Positions 27,005 to 36,849 of a stretch of DNA of 64,000 nucleotides are shown piece after piece. This stretch comes from Candidatus Saccharimonadales bacterium (lineage in GTDB: Bacteria; Patescibacteriota; Saccharimonadia; Saccharimonadales; EFPC-124). Position 1 is the first letter of the stretch. Each line of letters opens with the position of its first letter. The stretch lies in assembly GCA_035457485.1 (NCBI GenBank), contig DATIBO010000006.1, positions 178,659-242,658 of the forward strand, read 5' to 3'. The notes under the pieces are model-generated. The model was not told the origin of the DNA. It did no database searches and worked only from the letters and a program-made list of their open reading frames with translations. Position numbers and translations under genes: made by a program.

Positions 27005-27949
27005 ATGGTAGAAGTAATTGTTTTAATTGTGGGTTTTATTTTGGCAATTTTAATTGCACTTACAAAAAGTTTTAATTTGGGGGTTAGCTCGATTAGTAGT
27101 TTTGAACTTGAACGCCGGCGCAATTCTGGCGACAAGTCTGCTGCGCGTGAGCTGAGCTGGCGGGCGTTGGCTCCAACCTTTGAGGCTGCAAAAAATATAA
27201 AAATAATGGTTTTATTAGTAATTTTGGTATCTGTTGTGGCTGTGGCTTTGCCGACGCCATGGGGATTTTTGGCAAGCTTGGTGTTTGCCTTATTCGCGCA
27301 AATTGCCGCCGCGCGCGGGTGGTTTTTAAAGCCTGCCGCTAACTTGCAAAAAAAGTACGAACCGCAACTGAGAAAGTATCTGTTGTTTTTAAAAAAATAT
27401 ATTGGAATTTTTGTGACACCGGTTGCTTCTGCAAGTTTTTCGCTAAATTCAGTCGAAGAGCTAGAGCAATTAATTACGCTTGATCAAAATGTTTTGTCAG
27501 AACATGAAAAGACGCAGTTACTAGCGGTAATGCAGTTCGAAAACCTAAAAGTAGAAGAAGTCATGGTAAAGCGCGACCAAATTGTAGTGGTTGGAATTAA
27601 AGAAACCGTTGGGCCGTTGCTTTTAGATAAACTTCATAAAGCCGGCCACAATATATTCCCGGTTGTAGATAAAAGTTTGGATCATGTTAAGGGCTTGCTT
27701 TATATGAGTGATCTTGTGCCGCTTGACCCCGAGCTTAAAGAAGTTAGGGAGGTTGTGCGACCAAACGTTTATAGCCTACAGCAGGATGCTAGTCTGAGCG
27801 ACGTTTTGGCGGCGAGTATAAAAACAGGGCGCCAACTGTTTTTTGTAAGTAAAGGTGAAAAAATCATAGGATTAATTACGCTGTCAGATGTTCTAGCAAA
27901 GATGACCGGACAAAAAATTGCTAAAGAAGTTAAAGTAAACAAGATATAG
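27005..27949 (+). CDS. DUF21/CNNM-like TM domain + CBS-pair protein (no CorC_HlyC tail)
   Basis: TM helices, then two CBS motifs (VEEVMVKRDQIVVV...IFPVVD; VYSLQQDASLSDVL...IIGLITLSDVL). I trimmed the start from 26912 to ATG 27005 because the 5' part overlaps the dsbA-like gene. Confidence 0.6.
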   Translation: MVEVIVLIVGFILAILIALTKSFNLGVSSISSFELERRRNSGDKSAARELSWRALAPTFEAAKNIKIMVLLVILVSVVAVALPTPWGFLASLVFALFAQIAAARGWFLKPAANLQKKYEPQLRKYLLFLKKYIGIFVTPVASASFSLNSVEELEQLITLDQNVLSEHEKTQLLAVMQFENLKVEEVMVKRDQIVVVGIKETVGPLLLDKLHKAGHNIFPVVDKSLDHVKGLLYMSDLVPLDPELKEVREVVRPNVYSLQQDASLSDVLAASIKTGRQLFFVSKGEKIIGLITLSDVLAKMTGQKIAKEVKVNKI

Positions 27950-28104
27950 TTTTAGCTTAAGAATTGCAATCATGCTTACATCTGTTATAGTAAGCTCAGA
28001 TGACTGGCAAGCGTGACTTAAATATTCGGGCCCGGCAAACTGCTTAAAGAGCGGTGGTTTGCTAACGGCCCGAGAATAGCTCGCCAAATAATTTAAGGAT
28101 TAAA

Positions 28105-29415
28105 ATGAGAACTCTGAGTAAAGAATTAAAGAAGTTTGTTGGTGAAAAAGTTACCGTCCAGGGGTGGTTGCATAAAAAACGCTTGCTTGGTGGCTTAACG
28201 TTTATTGTGGTGCGCGACCGCAGCGGTTTGGTGCAGGTTTTAGTAAAAGATAAAGATGAAGTAGAGAAGCTACGTGGCTTACAATTGGGTACAATTTTAA
28301 AAGTAGAAGGTTTAGTAGCGGCCGATGACCGTGCGCCTGGTGGTGTTGAGCTTCACGAGGTTGTTTTGCACGTAGAAGTGCCGGTGGAATTTGAATCACC
28401 GATCGAGATTGATAAACCATTAAGTCATGAATCTAGTAACCTTGACACACTTTTAGATTATCGAGTGGTTGGTTTGCGCAACACGCGCGAACAGGCGATT
28501 TTTAAAATTCAGTCCGAAATTCAGCGCGCAATCCGCAAATATTTGCACGAACAAGATTTTACCGAATTTAAATCGCCAAAACTTTTGCCTGGCGCGACCG
28601 AAGGTGGAGCCGAAGTTTTTAAACTCGACTACTTTGGTAAAGAAGCGACACTAGCCCAAAGCCCGCAATTTTACAAAGAAATCATGGTTGGTGTTTTTGA
28701 GCGCGTTTACGAAATTGGTGCGGCTTACCGTGCCGAACCAAGCGCAACAACCCGCCACATGACCGAATATACGAGCGTTGATGCCGAAATGGGCTTTGTT
28801 ACAATCGAAGACATTAAAAAGTTGCTAAGCGGCATCATGCACGAAGTCTCTGACCACCTGTGGAAAGAATGTGAAGCAGAGTTGAACATGTGGGGATCGG
28901 TTAAACCGATTCTGCCAAAAGAAATCCCGAGTCTGAGCATGGCGCAAATTCACGAACTTTACAGCGCTGCAACGGGCGAAAATACAGTTGGCGAAAAAGA
29001 CCTACGCCCGGATGAAGAGCGCTGGATATGCGATTACACAAAAGAGAACATGGGGTCTGAGGCTGTATTCGTAACCGACTGGCCTGCCAGCGAAATGCGC
29101 TTTTACCACAAAACTCAAGACGGTAAACCAGAATTCGCCGACCGAATAGACTTGCTGTTCCGTGGTCTTGAAATGGTGACTGGCAGTATGCGTGAAAACC
29201 GCTACGATGTCTTAGTGCGACAGCTAAAAGAAATGGCCGGAGGTGACCCAGAGTCAGAAGGCTTTAAAAACTTCGTGGCCGCCTTCAAATACGGCATGCC
29301 GTCACTTGGTGGCTTTGGCATGGGCTTGGAGCGCTTAACTCAAAAAATGATTGGACTGCAAAACGTCAAAGAAGCCACGTTATTCCCACGCGACATCAAC
29401 CGCCTAGCGCCTTAG
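28105..29415 (+). CDS. aspS: Aspartate--tRNA ligase, archaeal/type-2 (possibly non-discriminating)
   Basis: 436 aa. N-terminal OB fold (VTVQGWLHKKRLLGGLTFIVVRDRSG) and class II motifs (FRAEPSATTRH, GFGMGLERL). Confidence 0.85.
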   Translation: MRTLSKELKKFVGEKVTVQGWLHKKRLLGGLTFIVVRDRSGLVQVLVKDKDEVEKLRGLQLGTILKVEGLVAADDRAPGGVELHEVVLHVEVPVEFESPIEIDKPLSHESSNLDTLLDYRVVGLRNTREQAIFKIQSEIQRAIRKYLHEQDFTEFKSPKLLPGATEGGAEVFKLDYFGKEATLAQSPQFYKEIMVGVFERVYEIGAAYRAEPSATTRHMTEYTSVDAEMGFVTIEDIKKLLSGIMHEVSDHLWKECEAELNMWGSVKPILPKEIPSLSMAQIHELYSAATGENTVGEKDLRPDEERWICDYTKENMGSEAVFVTDWPASEMRFYHKTQDGKPEFADRIDLLFRGLEMVTGSMRENRYDVLVRQLKEMAGGDPESEGFKNFVAAFKYGMPSLGGFGMGLERLTQKMIGLQNVKEATLFPRDINRLAP

Positions 29416-29446
29416 CTATGCTACTTAGTATTAACAAAGGAGAAAT

Positions 29447-30115
29447 ATGAAAAAATCATTAGGACAAATAGTCTTTGGACTAGCAGTAATTTTTATAGGC
29501 GTTGGCTTTGCTCTAGATGCTCTAAACATCGTGAATTTTAGTATGGCGGCAAGCACGTGGTGGCCGTTATTTGTGATTCTAGCAGGAGTGGTGAGCTTGA
29601 TTAGTAATCCACGCACCTTTGTGTGGCCTTTGGTCATTATAGCTGCGGGTATTCTATTGCAAATTCGCGAGCTTGGATTGCTGACGTTCAACCCTTGGGG
29701 TTTGATCTGGCCAGTGATAATTATTATCTTTGGAGCGTCAATTTTGTTTAAAAGTGGTGCAGGTAGCAAAAAACAAGACCGTAAAGAGAAAGATCTTGAT
29801 TTATTTGCGGGCTTTTCGGGCCACGAGGCAAAGAGTAGTAGCGACGATTTCAAGGGCGGTAAAGCTACAGCAATCTTTGGTGGAATTGAACTTGATTTAC
29901 GTCACGCTAAGATCAAGGACAAAGCTAGTCTAGAAGTTTTTGCAGCTTTTGGTGGAATCGATATTCGTGTCCCCGAAGGCTGGCGCGTTGAAGTTAGTGG
30001 TACGCCAATTTTGGGAGGCTGGGAAAACAAAACTGACGAACCTAAAGAAAAGAATGCCCCTACGCTAATTATTCAGGGTACGTGCCTTTTTGGCGGCGTG
30101 AGCATTAAAAACTAA
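29447..30115 (+). CDS. LiaF-like cell-envelope stress protein (TM + DUF2154-type domain)
   Basis: 4 TM helices, then FGGIELDLRHAKI...FAAFGGIDIRVPEGWRVEVSGTPILGG. Confidence 0.6.
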   Translation: MKKSLGQIVFGLAVIFIGVGFALDALNIVNFSMAASTWWPLFVILAGVVSLISNPRTFVWPLVIIAAGILLQIRELGLLTFNPWGLIWPVIIIIFGASILFKSGAGSKKQDRKEKDLDLFAGFSGHEAKSSSDDFKGGKATAIFGGIELDLRHAKIKDKASLEVFAAFGGIDIRVPEGWRVEVSGTPILGGWENKTDEPKEKNAPTLIIQGTCLFGGVSIKN

Positions 30116-31242
30116 CGAATCACATTTGCTACTGCTGAAACAAGTTGGTCGTTAAAAACCGATGGGATAATTTGATCGGCTGTCGGCTTTTGCACTAAGC
30201 CTGCGATAGCTTTGGCTGCAGCAATTTTATGCTGATCGGTAATTGTTTTTACCCGGTTATCTAGAGCACCTCTAAAAATCCCCGGAAAGGCGAGAGCGTT
30301 GTTGACCTGATTAGGAAAATCACTCCGACCAGTTGCAACAACCGCTGCACCAGCCTTTTTGGCTTCGTCAGGCATGATTTCGGGGGTTGGGTTAGACATC
30401 GCAAAGATTATCGGATCGGTTGCCATAGATTCAACCATCTTAGAGGTGAGTAGCCCTGGCTTTGACACTCCTATAAAAATGTCAGCACCCTTAAGAGCGT
30501 CGTCAAGAGAACCATCAATATTGCGAGGGTTAGTATTGGTGAGAAGTTTCTTTTTTTCGTCGTTAAGGTCGGTTCGGTTTTTGCTCACAATACCTTTACT
30601 ATCGATTGCTAAGATGTCGGGCTTGGCATATAAATGTAGTAAATTAATGATCGCCGTTCCCGCTGCGCCTGCACCGACTACAACTATTTTGCAATCTTTT
30701 AATGATTTTTTGGTAACTTTCGTAGCGTTTATTAGGCCAGCTAAAACTACAACTGCCGTGCCATGCTGGTCGTCGTGCATAACGGGGATATCGAGTTCGG
30801 CTTTAAGTCTATCTTCAACTTCAAAACAGATTGGAGCGGCGATGTCCTCGAGGTTTATTCCGCCAAAGCTTGGAGCGATCGCTTTAACTACACTTACGAT
30901 TTCATCTGCCGAATGCACATCCAAAGTAATCGGTACTGAATCGATATTCGCAAAATGTTTAAAAAGTAGTGATTTACCTTCCATGACAGGCATTGCTGCC
31001 TTTGGTCCAATATTGCCAAGTCCTAAAACTGCTGAACCATCAGAAATCACAGCGACTAAGTTGTTTGTCCAGGTGTATTCGGGTAATTTGCCCGGATCTT
31101 GAGCAATTGCTTGCGAAACCTCTGCTACGCCGGGGGTGTAGTAAAGTTTTAAGGTTTCTGGCGTTGGTTTGTCCCGTAGTGCTGTGGTAATTTTGCCGGC
31201 AAATTTTTTGTGAATCTGTAGTGCTTCTGTGTTTTTGGTCAT
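30112..31242 (-). CDS. NAD(P)-dependent malic enzyme (short form)
   Basis: 376 aa. YTPGVA, VISDGSAVLGLGNIGP, VVVGAGAAG, FAMSNPTPE motifs. Confidence 0.85.
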   Translation of the reverse strand: MTKNTEALQIHKKFAGKITTALRDKPTPETLKLYYTPGVAEVSQAIAQDPGKLPEYTWTNNLVAVISDGSAVLGLGNIGPKAAMPVMEGKSLLFKHFANIDSVPITLDVHSADEIVSVVKAIAPSFGGINLEDIAAPICFEVEDRLKAELDIPVMHDDQHGTAVVVLAGLINATKVTKKSLKDCKIVVVGAGAAGTAIINLLHLYAKPDILAIDSKGIVSKNRTDLNDEKKKLLTNTNPRNIDGSLDDALKGADIFIGVSKPGLLTSKMVESMATDPIIFAMSNPTPEIMPDEAKKAGAAVVATGRSDFPNQVNNALAFPGIFRGALDNRVKTITDQHKIAAAKAIAGLVQKPTADQIIPSVFNDQLVSAVANVIR

Positions 31243-31327
31243 GCTTAAATTTTAATCCAAACAACTCTTTATATAAAGCATCGTGTTATATTTGACATCC
31301 TGGCAATAAGCATCTAGCCTTAAGATA

Positions 31328-31864
31328 ATGAAACGAATATTTTTAATTGTTAGCCTGTGCGCCTTAGTTTTAGTGCCGTCTGCCCAGGTTAGAGCACAAA
31401 CAGAGCTACAAGAGGGTTTAATTATTGAGCGTTGCGATATCATTAAACAGTCGTTAGATAAGCAACGACGACGCGATCTTGTCTCGCGCATAAATCGCGG
31501 TCGTGACTACCAAAATCTAATCGATCAACAGCAGGCATTAACCGATCGTGTACGAAATAATGGTCTAGACTACGTAAAGTTCGAGCAGCGGCTCAGTGAG
31601 CTAAAAGTCGCATTTGATAATTTTAGAAAAAGTTACACCGCCTACGACGATGGATTGAGTACGCTAACCGCCATAGACTGCAAAAAAGAGCCAGCTAATT
31701 TTTTTGGACAACTATTGGCCGTTCGAGCTTTGCGATCCGATGTTGGGCAAAAAAGTCTCTTAATTAAAGATATTTTGAGTCTGCAACGTGACCTAATTGT
31801 TAACTTGAGGTTAGAGCTTCAACAAGTCGAAGAGTCGATAGTGGGGTCACGAGATGGAAACTAA
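31328..31864 (+). CDS. Hypothetical secreted protein
   Basis: Signal peptide MKRIFLIVSLCALVLVPSAQVRA, then a helical region. Confidence 0.45.
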   Translation: MKRIFLIVSLCALVLVPSAQVRAQTELQEGLIIERCDIIKQSLDKQRRRDLVSRINRGRDYQNLIDQQQALTDRVRNNGLDYVKFEQRLSELKVAFDNFRKSYTAYDDGLSTLTAIDCKKEPANFFGQLLAVRALRSDVGQKSLLIKDILSLQRDLIVNLRLELQQVEESIVGSRDGN

Positions 31865-32198
31865 TTCTCCTGTTGGCGAACCAAAACAAAAATCAAAATT
31901 ACCGATTGCGCTTGGGCTGGCGTCATTGATTGCTGTCAGTATGACAATTATTAGCGTAGCCATCTACTATTTTGCTGGATTTTATAAACTTGACCTAAGT
32001 CGTCCGGGCTATGAGATTGAGCGTGAAGATGTTTTTAATAGTGAAGGTACCCAAACTTACGATTCAACAAGTTCGCTAAGCGCCGGTGCGATTGACGATA
32101 TCTTAAAGGAGTTTGACGAACGCAACACGAGTCTCGATTCTTACGGAGACTTCAATAATGACGCTCTAAGCGACGAAAATATTCTGCTTGGTCGCTAG
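31854..32198 (+). CDS. Hypothetical membrane-anchored protein
   Basis: 114 aa with one TM helix. Overlaps the upstream gene by 11 nt. Confidence 0.45.
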   Translation: METNSPVGEPKQKSKLPIALGLASLIAVSMTIISVAIYYFAGFYKLDLSRPGYEIEREDVFNSEGTQTYDSTSSLSAGAIDDILKEFDERNTSLDSYGDFNNDALSDENILLGR

Positions 32199-33025
32199 CT
32201 CTTATCTTGGTTTACAAAAGCGCTAATGCCGAACTTTTGCTTTTTAAATTCAGCTAAAATTCGCTTGCGCAGTTCGCCCGATACACTCCATTGCGCTGCT
32301 GGTCGAGTTTTGCCGATTATTTTAATCTCGAGTGCAGTGTTGCTAAATGAGTTAACGGCGTAAAAATGTGGCGGCTCGATAATTTTTTTCGACCATTTTT
32401 CGTCTTTGGCTAACTTTTCACCAACTCTATCTACAACCTCTATAAGCTTGTCTACGTCAGCTTCTGGACTGACCGAAACTAACAAATTAACTTTAGAGTA
32501 ATCCTTAGATTTGTTGATGCTGTGAGTGACAATGCCATTTGGAATGTAGTGTACATTGCCGCTTGTGTCACGCAAAACAGTTGTCCTGACCGAAATTTGC
32601 TCAACTGTTCCGCTAGCACCGTCAAGCTCTACGTTGTCACCAACTCGATACTGGTTTTCGAGAATTATAAAAATGCCCGAAATAAAGTCTTTTATAAGCG
32701 ATTGAGCACCAAATCCAATAGCAACACCGATTATACCCGCGCTGGCAATTAGCGGCGCCAGATCAATGTTGAAGTAGCCTAAGATGGTAGAAATAGCTAT
32801 AACCCAAACAAGTACCTTTAAAACAGCAGTAAACATGCTTATGAGCGTATTTTGTCGCTTAAATACATCCTCGTCGCTCGTGTCGCCATGAGCGCGGTAA
32901 CGTAAGCGTCTAAAAACCGCTGCAACTAATGCTGGTACAAATTTATTAAACAAAAATGCACCAACGATAATGAAAATTATCGAAAGTAGGTTTTGAGCTA
33001 GCCACGCTTGAATTTCACTCCACAT
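32195..33025 (-). CDS. MscS-family mechanosensitive channel
   Basis: GFGAQSLIKDFISGIFIILENQYRVGDNVELDGASGTVEQISVRTTVL. Confidence 0.8.
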   Translation of the reverse strand: MWSEIQAWLAQNLLSIIFIIVGAFLFNKFVPALVAAVFRRLRYRAHGDTSDEDVFKRQNTLISMFTAVLKVLVWVIAISTILGYFNIDLAPLIASAGIIGVAIGFGAQSLIKDFISGIFIILENQYRVGDNVELDGASGTVEQISVRTTVLRDTSGNVHYIPNGIVTHSINKSKDYSKVNLLVSVSPEADVDKLIEVVDRVGEKLAKDEKWSKKIIEPPHFYAVNSFSNTALEIKIIGKTRPAAQWSVSGELRKRILAEFKKQKFGISAFVNQDKS

Positions 33026-33077
33026 GGCTTAAGTATAAAACACCGGGTGCTGATATAATAATTTTAAAAGGATTTAG

Positions 33078-33698
33078 GTGGACAATAAACGTAAACTTCA
33101 TCATTACTTGGTTGTTTTGGGCGGCATTAAGGTGTGGCAGCTTGCACTGATTTTTGTTTTGCTTCTTGGGCTGTCGGCCTATTTACTGCGGCAAAATAAC
33201 TTACAAATGGTGGAATATCGTAATTTGGTAAAAATGGCCGATGAAAGTGGACAAGGGATCGAGCAGTCACTTTTAGATTTGCAAAAATATGTAACCAACC
33301 ATATGAACACTAACTTGGGTGAGGGTTTATTTTTGGAGCACAGCTACCAGCGGGCATATGATGCAGCTCTAAAAGAGGCTGCTAGCAGCGTAAACCCGAA
33401 TAGCGCCACGTATATTCAGGCCGAGGACGAATGTAGGGCGCAGTACGGGAACGTATCCTTCCAGCTTTATTTACAGTGCATTCAACAACGAGTTTCGAGC
33501 TTAGCGCCGGGTACAGATCCACTGCAAAGTGTAAAGGTACCACCCGCCGAGTTGTTCAGATACAACTATGTTTCGCCGCGCATTAGCTTTGATTTAGCTG
33601 GAATTGTTGTTCTTATTACTTTGTTCGTTGGATTACTAATTTTACTTCGAGTGACCACCTATGCAGTCCTTAAGATTATAGTTCGTCGACATAAGTAA
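33078..33698 (+). CDS. Hypothetical membrane protein
   Basis: 206 aa with TM helices at both ends. Confidence 0.45.
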   Translation: MDNKRKLHHYLVVLGGIKVWQLALIFVLLLGLSAYLLRQNNLQMVEYRNLVKMADESGQGIEQSLLDLQKYVTNHMNTNLGEGLFLEHSYQRAYDAALKEAASSVNPNSATYIQAEDECRAQYGNVSFQLYLQCIQQRVSSLAPGTDPLQSVKVPPAELFRYNYVSPRISFDLAGIVVLITLFVGLLILLRVTTYAVLKIIVRRHK

Positions 33699-33800
33699 AT
33701 TAACAAAGTTGTTATGTTTTTGGCTTAATCTGTTGACAAAGGGTTGTCGCACAGCGTATCGTAAAATCACGATAGCCGTAAAAAGGAGGAATTTTCTAAG

Positions 33801-34016
33801 ATGGCAGCGTATAAACACACTAATTCTAAAGGGGTTACCTACTACTTACACACTAAAAATGTGACACTACGTGGCGGTAAGGTGCAACCGATTTTCTACT
33901 TCGCTAAAGAAGAACGCCCAGAGGATGCTCTACCTGAGCTGCCAGCAGGCTACGAAGTTGTAGAAAACCCACGTAATGGTTTTGTAATTCTTAAAAAAGC
34001 TGCTAAAGCCGAATAA
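33801..34016 (+). CDS. Small hypothetical protein
   Basis: 71 aa with a strong SD (AAAGGAGG) 9 nt upstream of the ATG. Confidence 0.5.
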   Translation: MAAYKHTNSKGVTYYLHTKNVTLRGGKVQPIFYFAKEERPEDALPELPAGYEVVENPRNGFVILKKAAKAE

Positions 34017-34035
34017 GCTTAAATAGTATTTTACT

Positions 34036-34064
34036 AAAAAAGCCCCAAATTAAGGGGCTTTTTT
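34036..34064. terminator. Bidirectional intrinsic terminator
   Basis: aaaaa-agcccc-aaattaa-ggggct-ttttt between convergent genes. Confidence 0.7.
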
Positions 34065-34452
34065 AGTTGGTCACAGTTGCCTTCGGGCTAAGCTTAATGC
34101 CAAATCCAAGCGTGACCATCATGGCGCCCAAAATAAAATTAGCTAGGCTGGTTTGAATGTTCGTTTGGAATAATCCTAGTATAGACGTGCCTTGGAAAAA
34201 TCCAATGATCGCCATTATCATATAAATTACGCCGAACACTTGGCAAAAAAGCTTGGCAGTTTTGTCGGACGCCGCTGCAAGGAGCGCCGCAAAACCTGTT
34301 AATAGATGAATCCAATTAATAATGTCGTTTACGGCAAAGGTTTCAAACAACAGAGCCACGCCATTAACTACCGTTATGTAATCACTGTTAAATCCTAATG
34401 CACCTTTTGCTACAAAAATCAGACCTATAATAACAACGCTGAGCCTAAGCAT
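34063..34452 (-). CDS. DUF4383-like 4-TM membrane protein
   Basis: 129 aa, 4 TM helices. Confidence 0.4.
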   Translation of the reverse strand: MLRLSVVIIGLIFVAKGALGFNSDYITVVNGVALLFETFAVNDIINWIHLLTGFAALLAAASDKTAKLFCQVFGVIYMIMAIIGFFQGTSILGLFQTNIQTSLANFILGAMMVTLGFGIKLSPKATVTN

Positions 34453-34502
34453 CGATCCTCCTATTTAACATTATTAAGCTAATGCTTGGAAGTTGCAAGT
34501 AA

Positions 34503-34525
34503 ATAAAAAATCACCCTAAGGTGAT
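34503..34525 (-). terminator. Intrinsic terminator downstream of the tRNA(CAT)
   Basis: Minus-strand RNA forms atcacc-uuag-ggugau followed by a U-run. Confidence 0.6.
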
Positions 34526-34529
34526 CTTT

Positions 34530-34605
34530 TGGTGGGGGCGGTTGGAGTTGAACCAACCACCAAGCGGTTATGAGCCGCCTGCTCTAACCGATGAGCTACG
34601 CCCCC
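34530..34605 (-). tRNA. tRNA(CAT), probably tRNA-Ile2 (lysidine) type; could be Met
   Basis: Reverse complement gggggcg/ta/gctc-atcggtta-gagc/a/ggcgg-CTCATAA-ccgct/tggtg/gttgg-ttcaact-ccaac/cgccccc/a/cca, 76 nt. The anticodon arm AGAGCAGGCGGCTCATAACCGCTTGGT resembles E. coli tRNA-Ile2 as I recall it. Confidence 0.85.
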
Positions 34606-34709
34606 AAGCATTACATCTGAGCAACAGGAATGATTATACAAAAAAATTGTAGTTTTATCCATGCATGAACATTGTGTGTGTATACTAATTATGCTTAAAT
34701 TTGTATATC

Positions 34710-36266
34710 ATGCGAAAACTTCAAGAAAACTTGGCTAAGGTCCGTAGCAGGTTACTTTTATCAAAAAAGTCACCAGACGAACTCTTGGGTGAACTGTTCC
34801 AGGATGTTCAGCTGCGACGAATTTTCCCCGACAGCATTACCTTTGTAGATGCCGTGCCATCTAAGCAGATGGGCCGGATTCTGGCAATTTACAAAAAACA
34901 GCGTCATGATCCGGATTTTGACTTACATGCCTTTGTAAAAACGTATTTTAAGGAGTACTTTGAAAGTCCTAACGACTATAAAGTTAATGCAAATCATACA
35001 ATTGAACAGCATATTAATGAGCTCTGGTCGGCTTTGACCCAAACGACTTATAAGACGGAGGGGTCTATTTTGGCCCTGCCCAAACCGTACATTGTGCCTG
35101 GCAGTCGTTTTAAAACCCAATTTTACTGGGACAGCTATTTTATTATGATTGGGCTAGCGACGGCTCAAAAGTGGAATCAGATCGAAGATATCTTAAAAAA
35201 CATAACGTATATGCAGCGCCGCTTTAATATTATTCCAACCGGCAATCGAACATATTATCTCAGCCGAACCCAACCACCGTACCTAGCTTTGATGGTTAAA
35301 CTTTTAGCCAATAAAAAAGGTAAAACGGTACTGTTAAAGTACTTGCCGGCGTTAATTGCCGAGCATAATTTTTGGATGAAAGGCTCGCGTAAATTAAAGA
35401 GTCAAAAAGCTTATCGGCGAGTGGTAAAAATGCCTGATGGAGAAATCTTAAACCGTTATTACGATGATCGGTCCACGCCTCGGCCTGAATCTTATAAAGA
35501 AGACGTAGACACAGCGGCGCTTGCCGGGGACCGTGTGCCAAGCCAGGTTTATTTGGATCTGCGGGCTGCAGCAGAATCTGGTTGGGATTTTAGTTCGCGC
35601 TGGATGAGCGATGGCGTTAATTTACAAACTACAATCACGACAAATATTGTCCCTGTGGATTTGAATAGCCTCCTTTGTATATTGGAGTCTACGATCGCTG
35701 AGGCCTATGAAATTCTAAAACAAACTGGCTTGGCGGAATCTTATCGCAATAAGGCCAGAGCTAGGGCAGAGGCGCTAAACAAATATTGCTGGAACAGTAA
35801 TCTTGGTTTTTATTTTGATTATAATTTTGTGTTAAAAAAGCAGAGTAAAAGCCAAACGATCGCCGGAATTTATCCGTTATTCGCTCAGATTGCAAGTAAA
35901 GAGCAAGCGAACCAAGTCGCTAAAGTTGTAAAAACAGATTTTTTAAAGCCTGGCGGAGTGGTTACAACTCTACAAACAACAGGTCAGCAGTGGGATTCGC
36001 CAAATGGCTGGCCACCGCACCAATGGACTGTAGTTCAAGCGCTTAAGAATTATGACCAAAACAAGCTTGCCACCGAGATTAAAAAGCGGTGGCTAGACAC
36101 AGTCGAGGGATCGTACAAACGCGAACTTAAGTTAGTTGAAAAATATAACGTTATCGATCCAACAATGACCGCCGGAGGCGGGGAGTATGTTTTGCAAGAT
36201 GGTTTTGGCTGGACAAACGGTGTGTATCTAGCGCTTAAGCACGATGACGCGTTAAACTGGAAGTAA
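34710..36266 (+). CDS. treA: Alpha,alpha-trehalase (GH37)
   Basis: PGSRFKTQFYWDSYF, RTQPPY, ESGWDFSSRW, DLNSLL, GGGEYVLQDGFGWTNGV signatures. The first ATG is at 34710; the track start 34701 is TTG. Confidence 0.85.
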   Translation: MRKLQENLAKVRSRLLLSKKSPDELLGELFQDVQLRRIFPDSITFVDAVPSKQMGRILAIYKKQRHDPDFDLHAFVKTYFKEYFESPNDYKVNANHTIEQHINELWSALTQTTYKTEGSILALPKPYIVPGSRFKTQFYWDSYFIMIGLATAQKWNQIEDILKNITYMQRRFNIIPTGNRTYYLSRTQPPYLALMVKLLANKKGKTVLLKYLPALIAEHNFWMKGSRKLKSQKAYRRVVKMPDGEILNRYYDDRSTPRPESYKEDVDTAALAGDRVPSQVYLDLRAAAESGWDFSSRWMSDGVNLQTTITTNIVPVDLNSLLCILESTIAEAYEILKQTGLAESYRNKARARAEALNKYCWNSNLGFYFDYNFVLKKQSKSQTIAGIYPLFAQIASKEQANQVAKVVKTDFLKPGGVVTTLQTTGQQWDSPNGWPPHQWTVVQALKNYDQNKLATEIKKRWLDTVEGSYKRELKLVEKYNVIDPTMTAGGGEYVLQDGFGWTNGVYLALKHDDALNWK

Positions 36267-36676
36267 TGAACTTTCGCCCAAAACTAGCAAAGATAAAACA
36301 ATTATTTACGTTAAACAACGGCGTAGTGGTTTTGGCTATGTTGGTGGCGGCGGGCTGGGTCTGGAATACAATTGAGGCGATTCAGCGGAATTTTGAACTA
36401 CAACAGCAAGTAGATAGTTTAAAACAAGAGATCGCAGTTTTTGAGCTTCAAAATAAAACAATTGATTTTCAAAATAAGTATTATCAGAGCGATGAATATT
36501 TAGAATTGAGTGCGCGCGAGCGCTTAAATAAAGCTGCAAAAGATGAAAAACTTTTAATCTTGCCGCCTAATACGGCTAAACAAACATCGCAAGAACCCGT
36601 TACAACTCAGACACCGATTACCAGCCGGAGTAACTTTGATCAGTGGCTGTATTTTTTGTTTGGCAACAAGAGTTGA
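36266..36676 (+). CDS. FtsB/DivIC-type septum formation initiator
   Basis: One TM helix plus a coiled coil (LQQQVDSLKQEIAVFELQN...DEYLELSARERLN). Confidence 0.6.
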   Translation: MNFRPKLAKIKQLFTLNNGVVVLAMLVAAGWVWNTIEAIQRNFELQQQVDSLKQEIAVFELQNKTIDFQNKYYQSDEYLELSARERLNKAAKDEKLLILPPNTAKQTSQEPVTTQTPITSRSNFDQWLYFLFGNKS

Positions 36677-36720
36677 CATAATTAGTTAAAAACTGGTAAA
36701 ATAACTAAGATATGTTTCGC

Positions 36721-36795
36721 CGCGGGGTGGAGCAGTGGCAGCTCGCGTGGCTCATAACCACGAGGTCGTAGGTTCGAATCCTGCCCCCGCTACCA
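36721..36795 (+). tRNA. Initiator tRNA-fMet (CAT)
   Basis: cgcgggg/tg/gagc-agtggca-gctc/g/cgtgg-CTCATAA-ccacg/aggtc/gtagg-ttcgaat-cctgc/ccccgct/a/cca. Near-identical in its ends to E. coli tRNA-fMet (CGCGGGGUGGAGCAG...CCCCCGCAACCA). Position 1:72 is unpaired (C x U). Confidence 0.85.
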
Positions 36796-36802
36796 AGAAA
36801 AG

Positions 36803-36828
36803 ACGCTCAATTTTTGGGCGTTTTTTTG
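36803..36828 (+). terminator. Intrinsic terminator of tRNA-fMet
   Basis: acgctca-atttt-tgggcgt followed by tttttt. Confidence 0.65.
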
Positions 36829-36849
36829 TTAAAATTTGTTAAAAATGAT

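Noticed and set aside
27950-28104. T-box riboswitch upstream of aspS
   Set aside because: There is only a GGTGGT fragment. The leader is too short (about 155 nt), there is no specifier-loop/stem I architecture, and there is no terminator.
30359-31102. 247-aa plus-strand ORF (plus 30993..31190 and 31040..31264)
   Set aside because: It is antisense to or overlapping the unambiguous malic enzyme gene. Its Ser/Ala-rich low-complexity translation is typical of a shadow frame.
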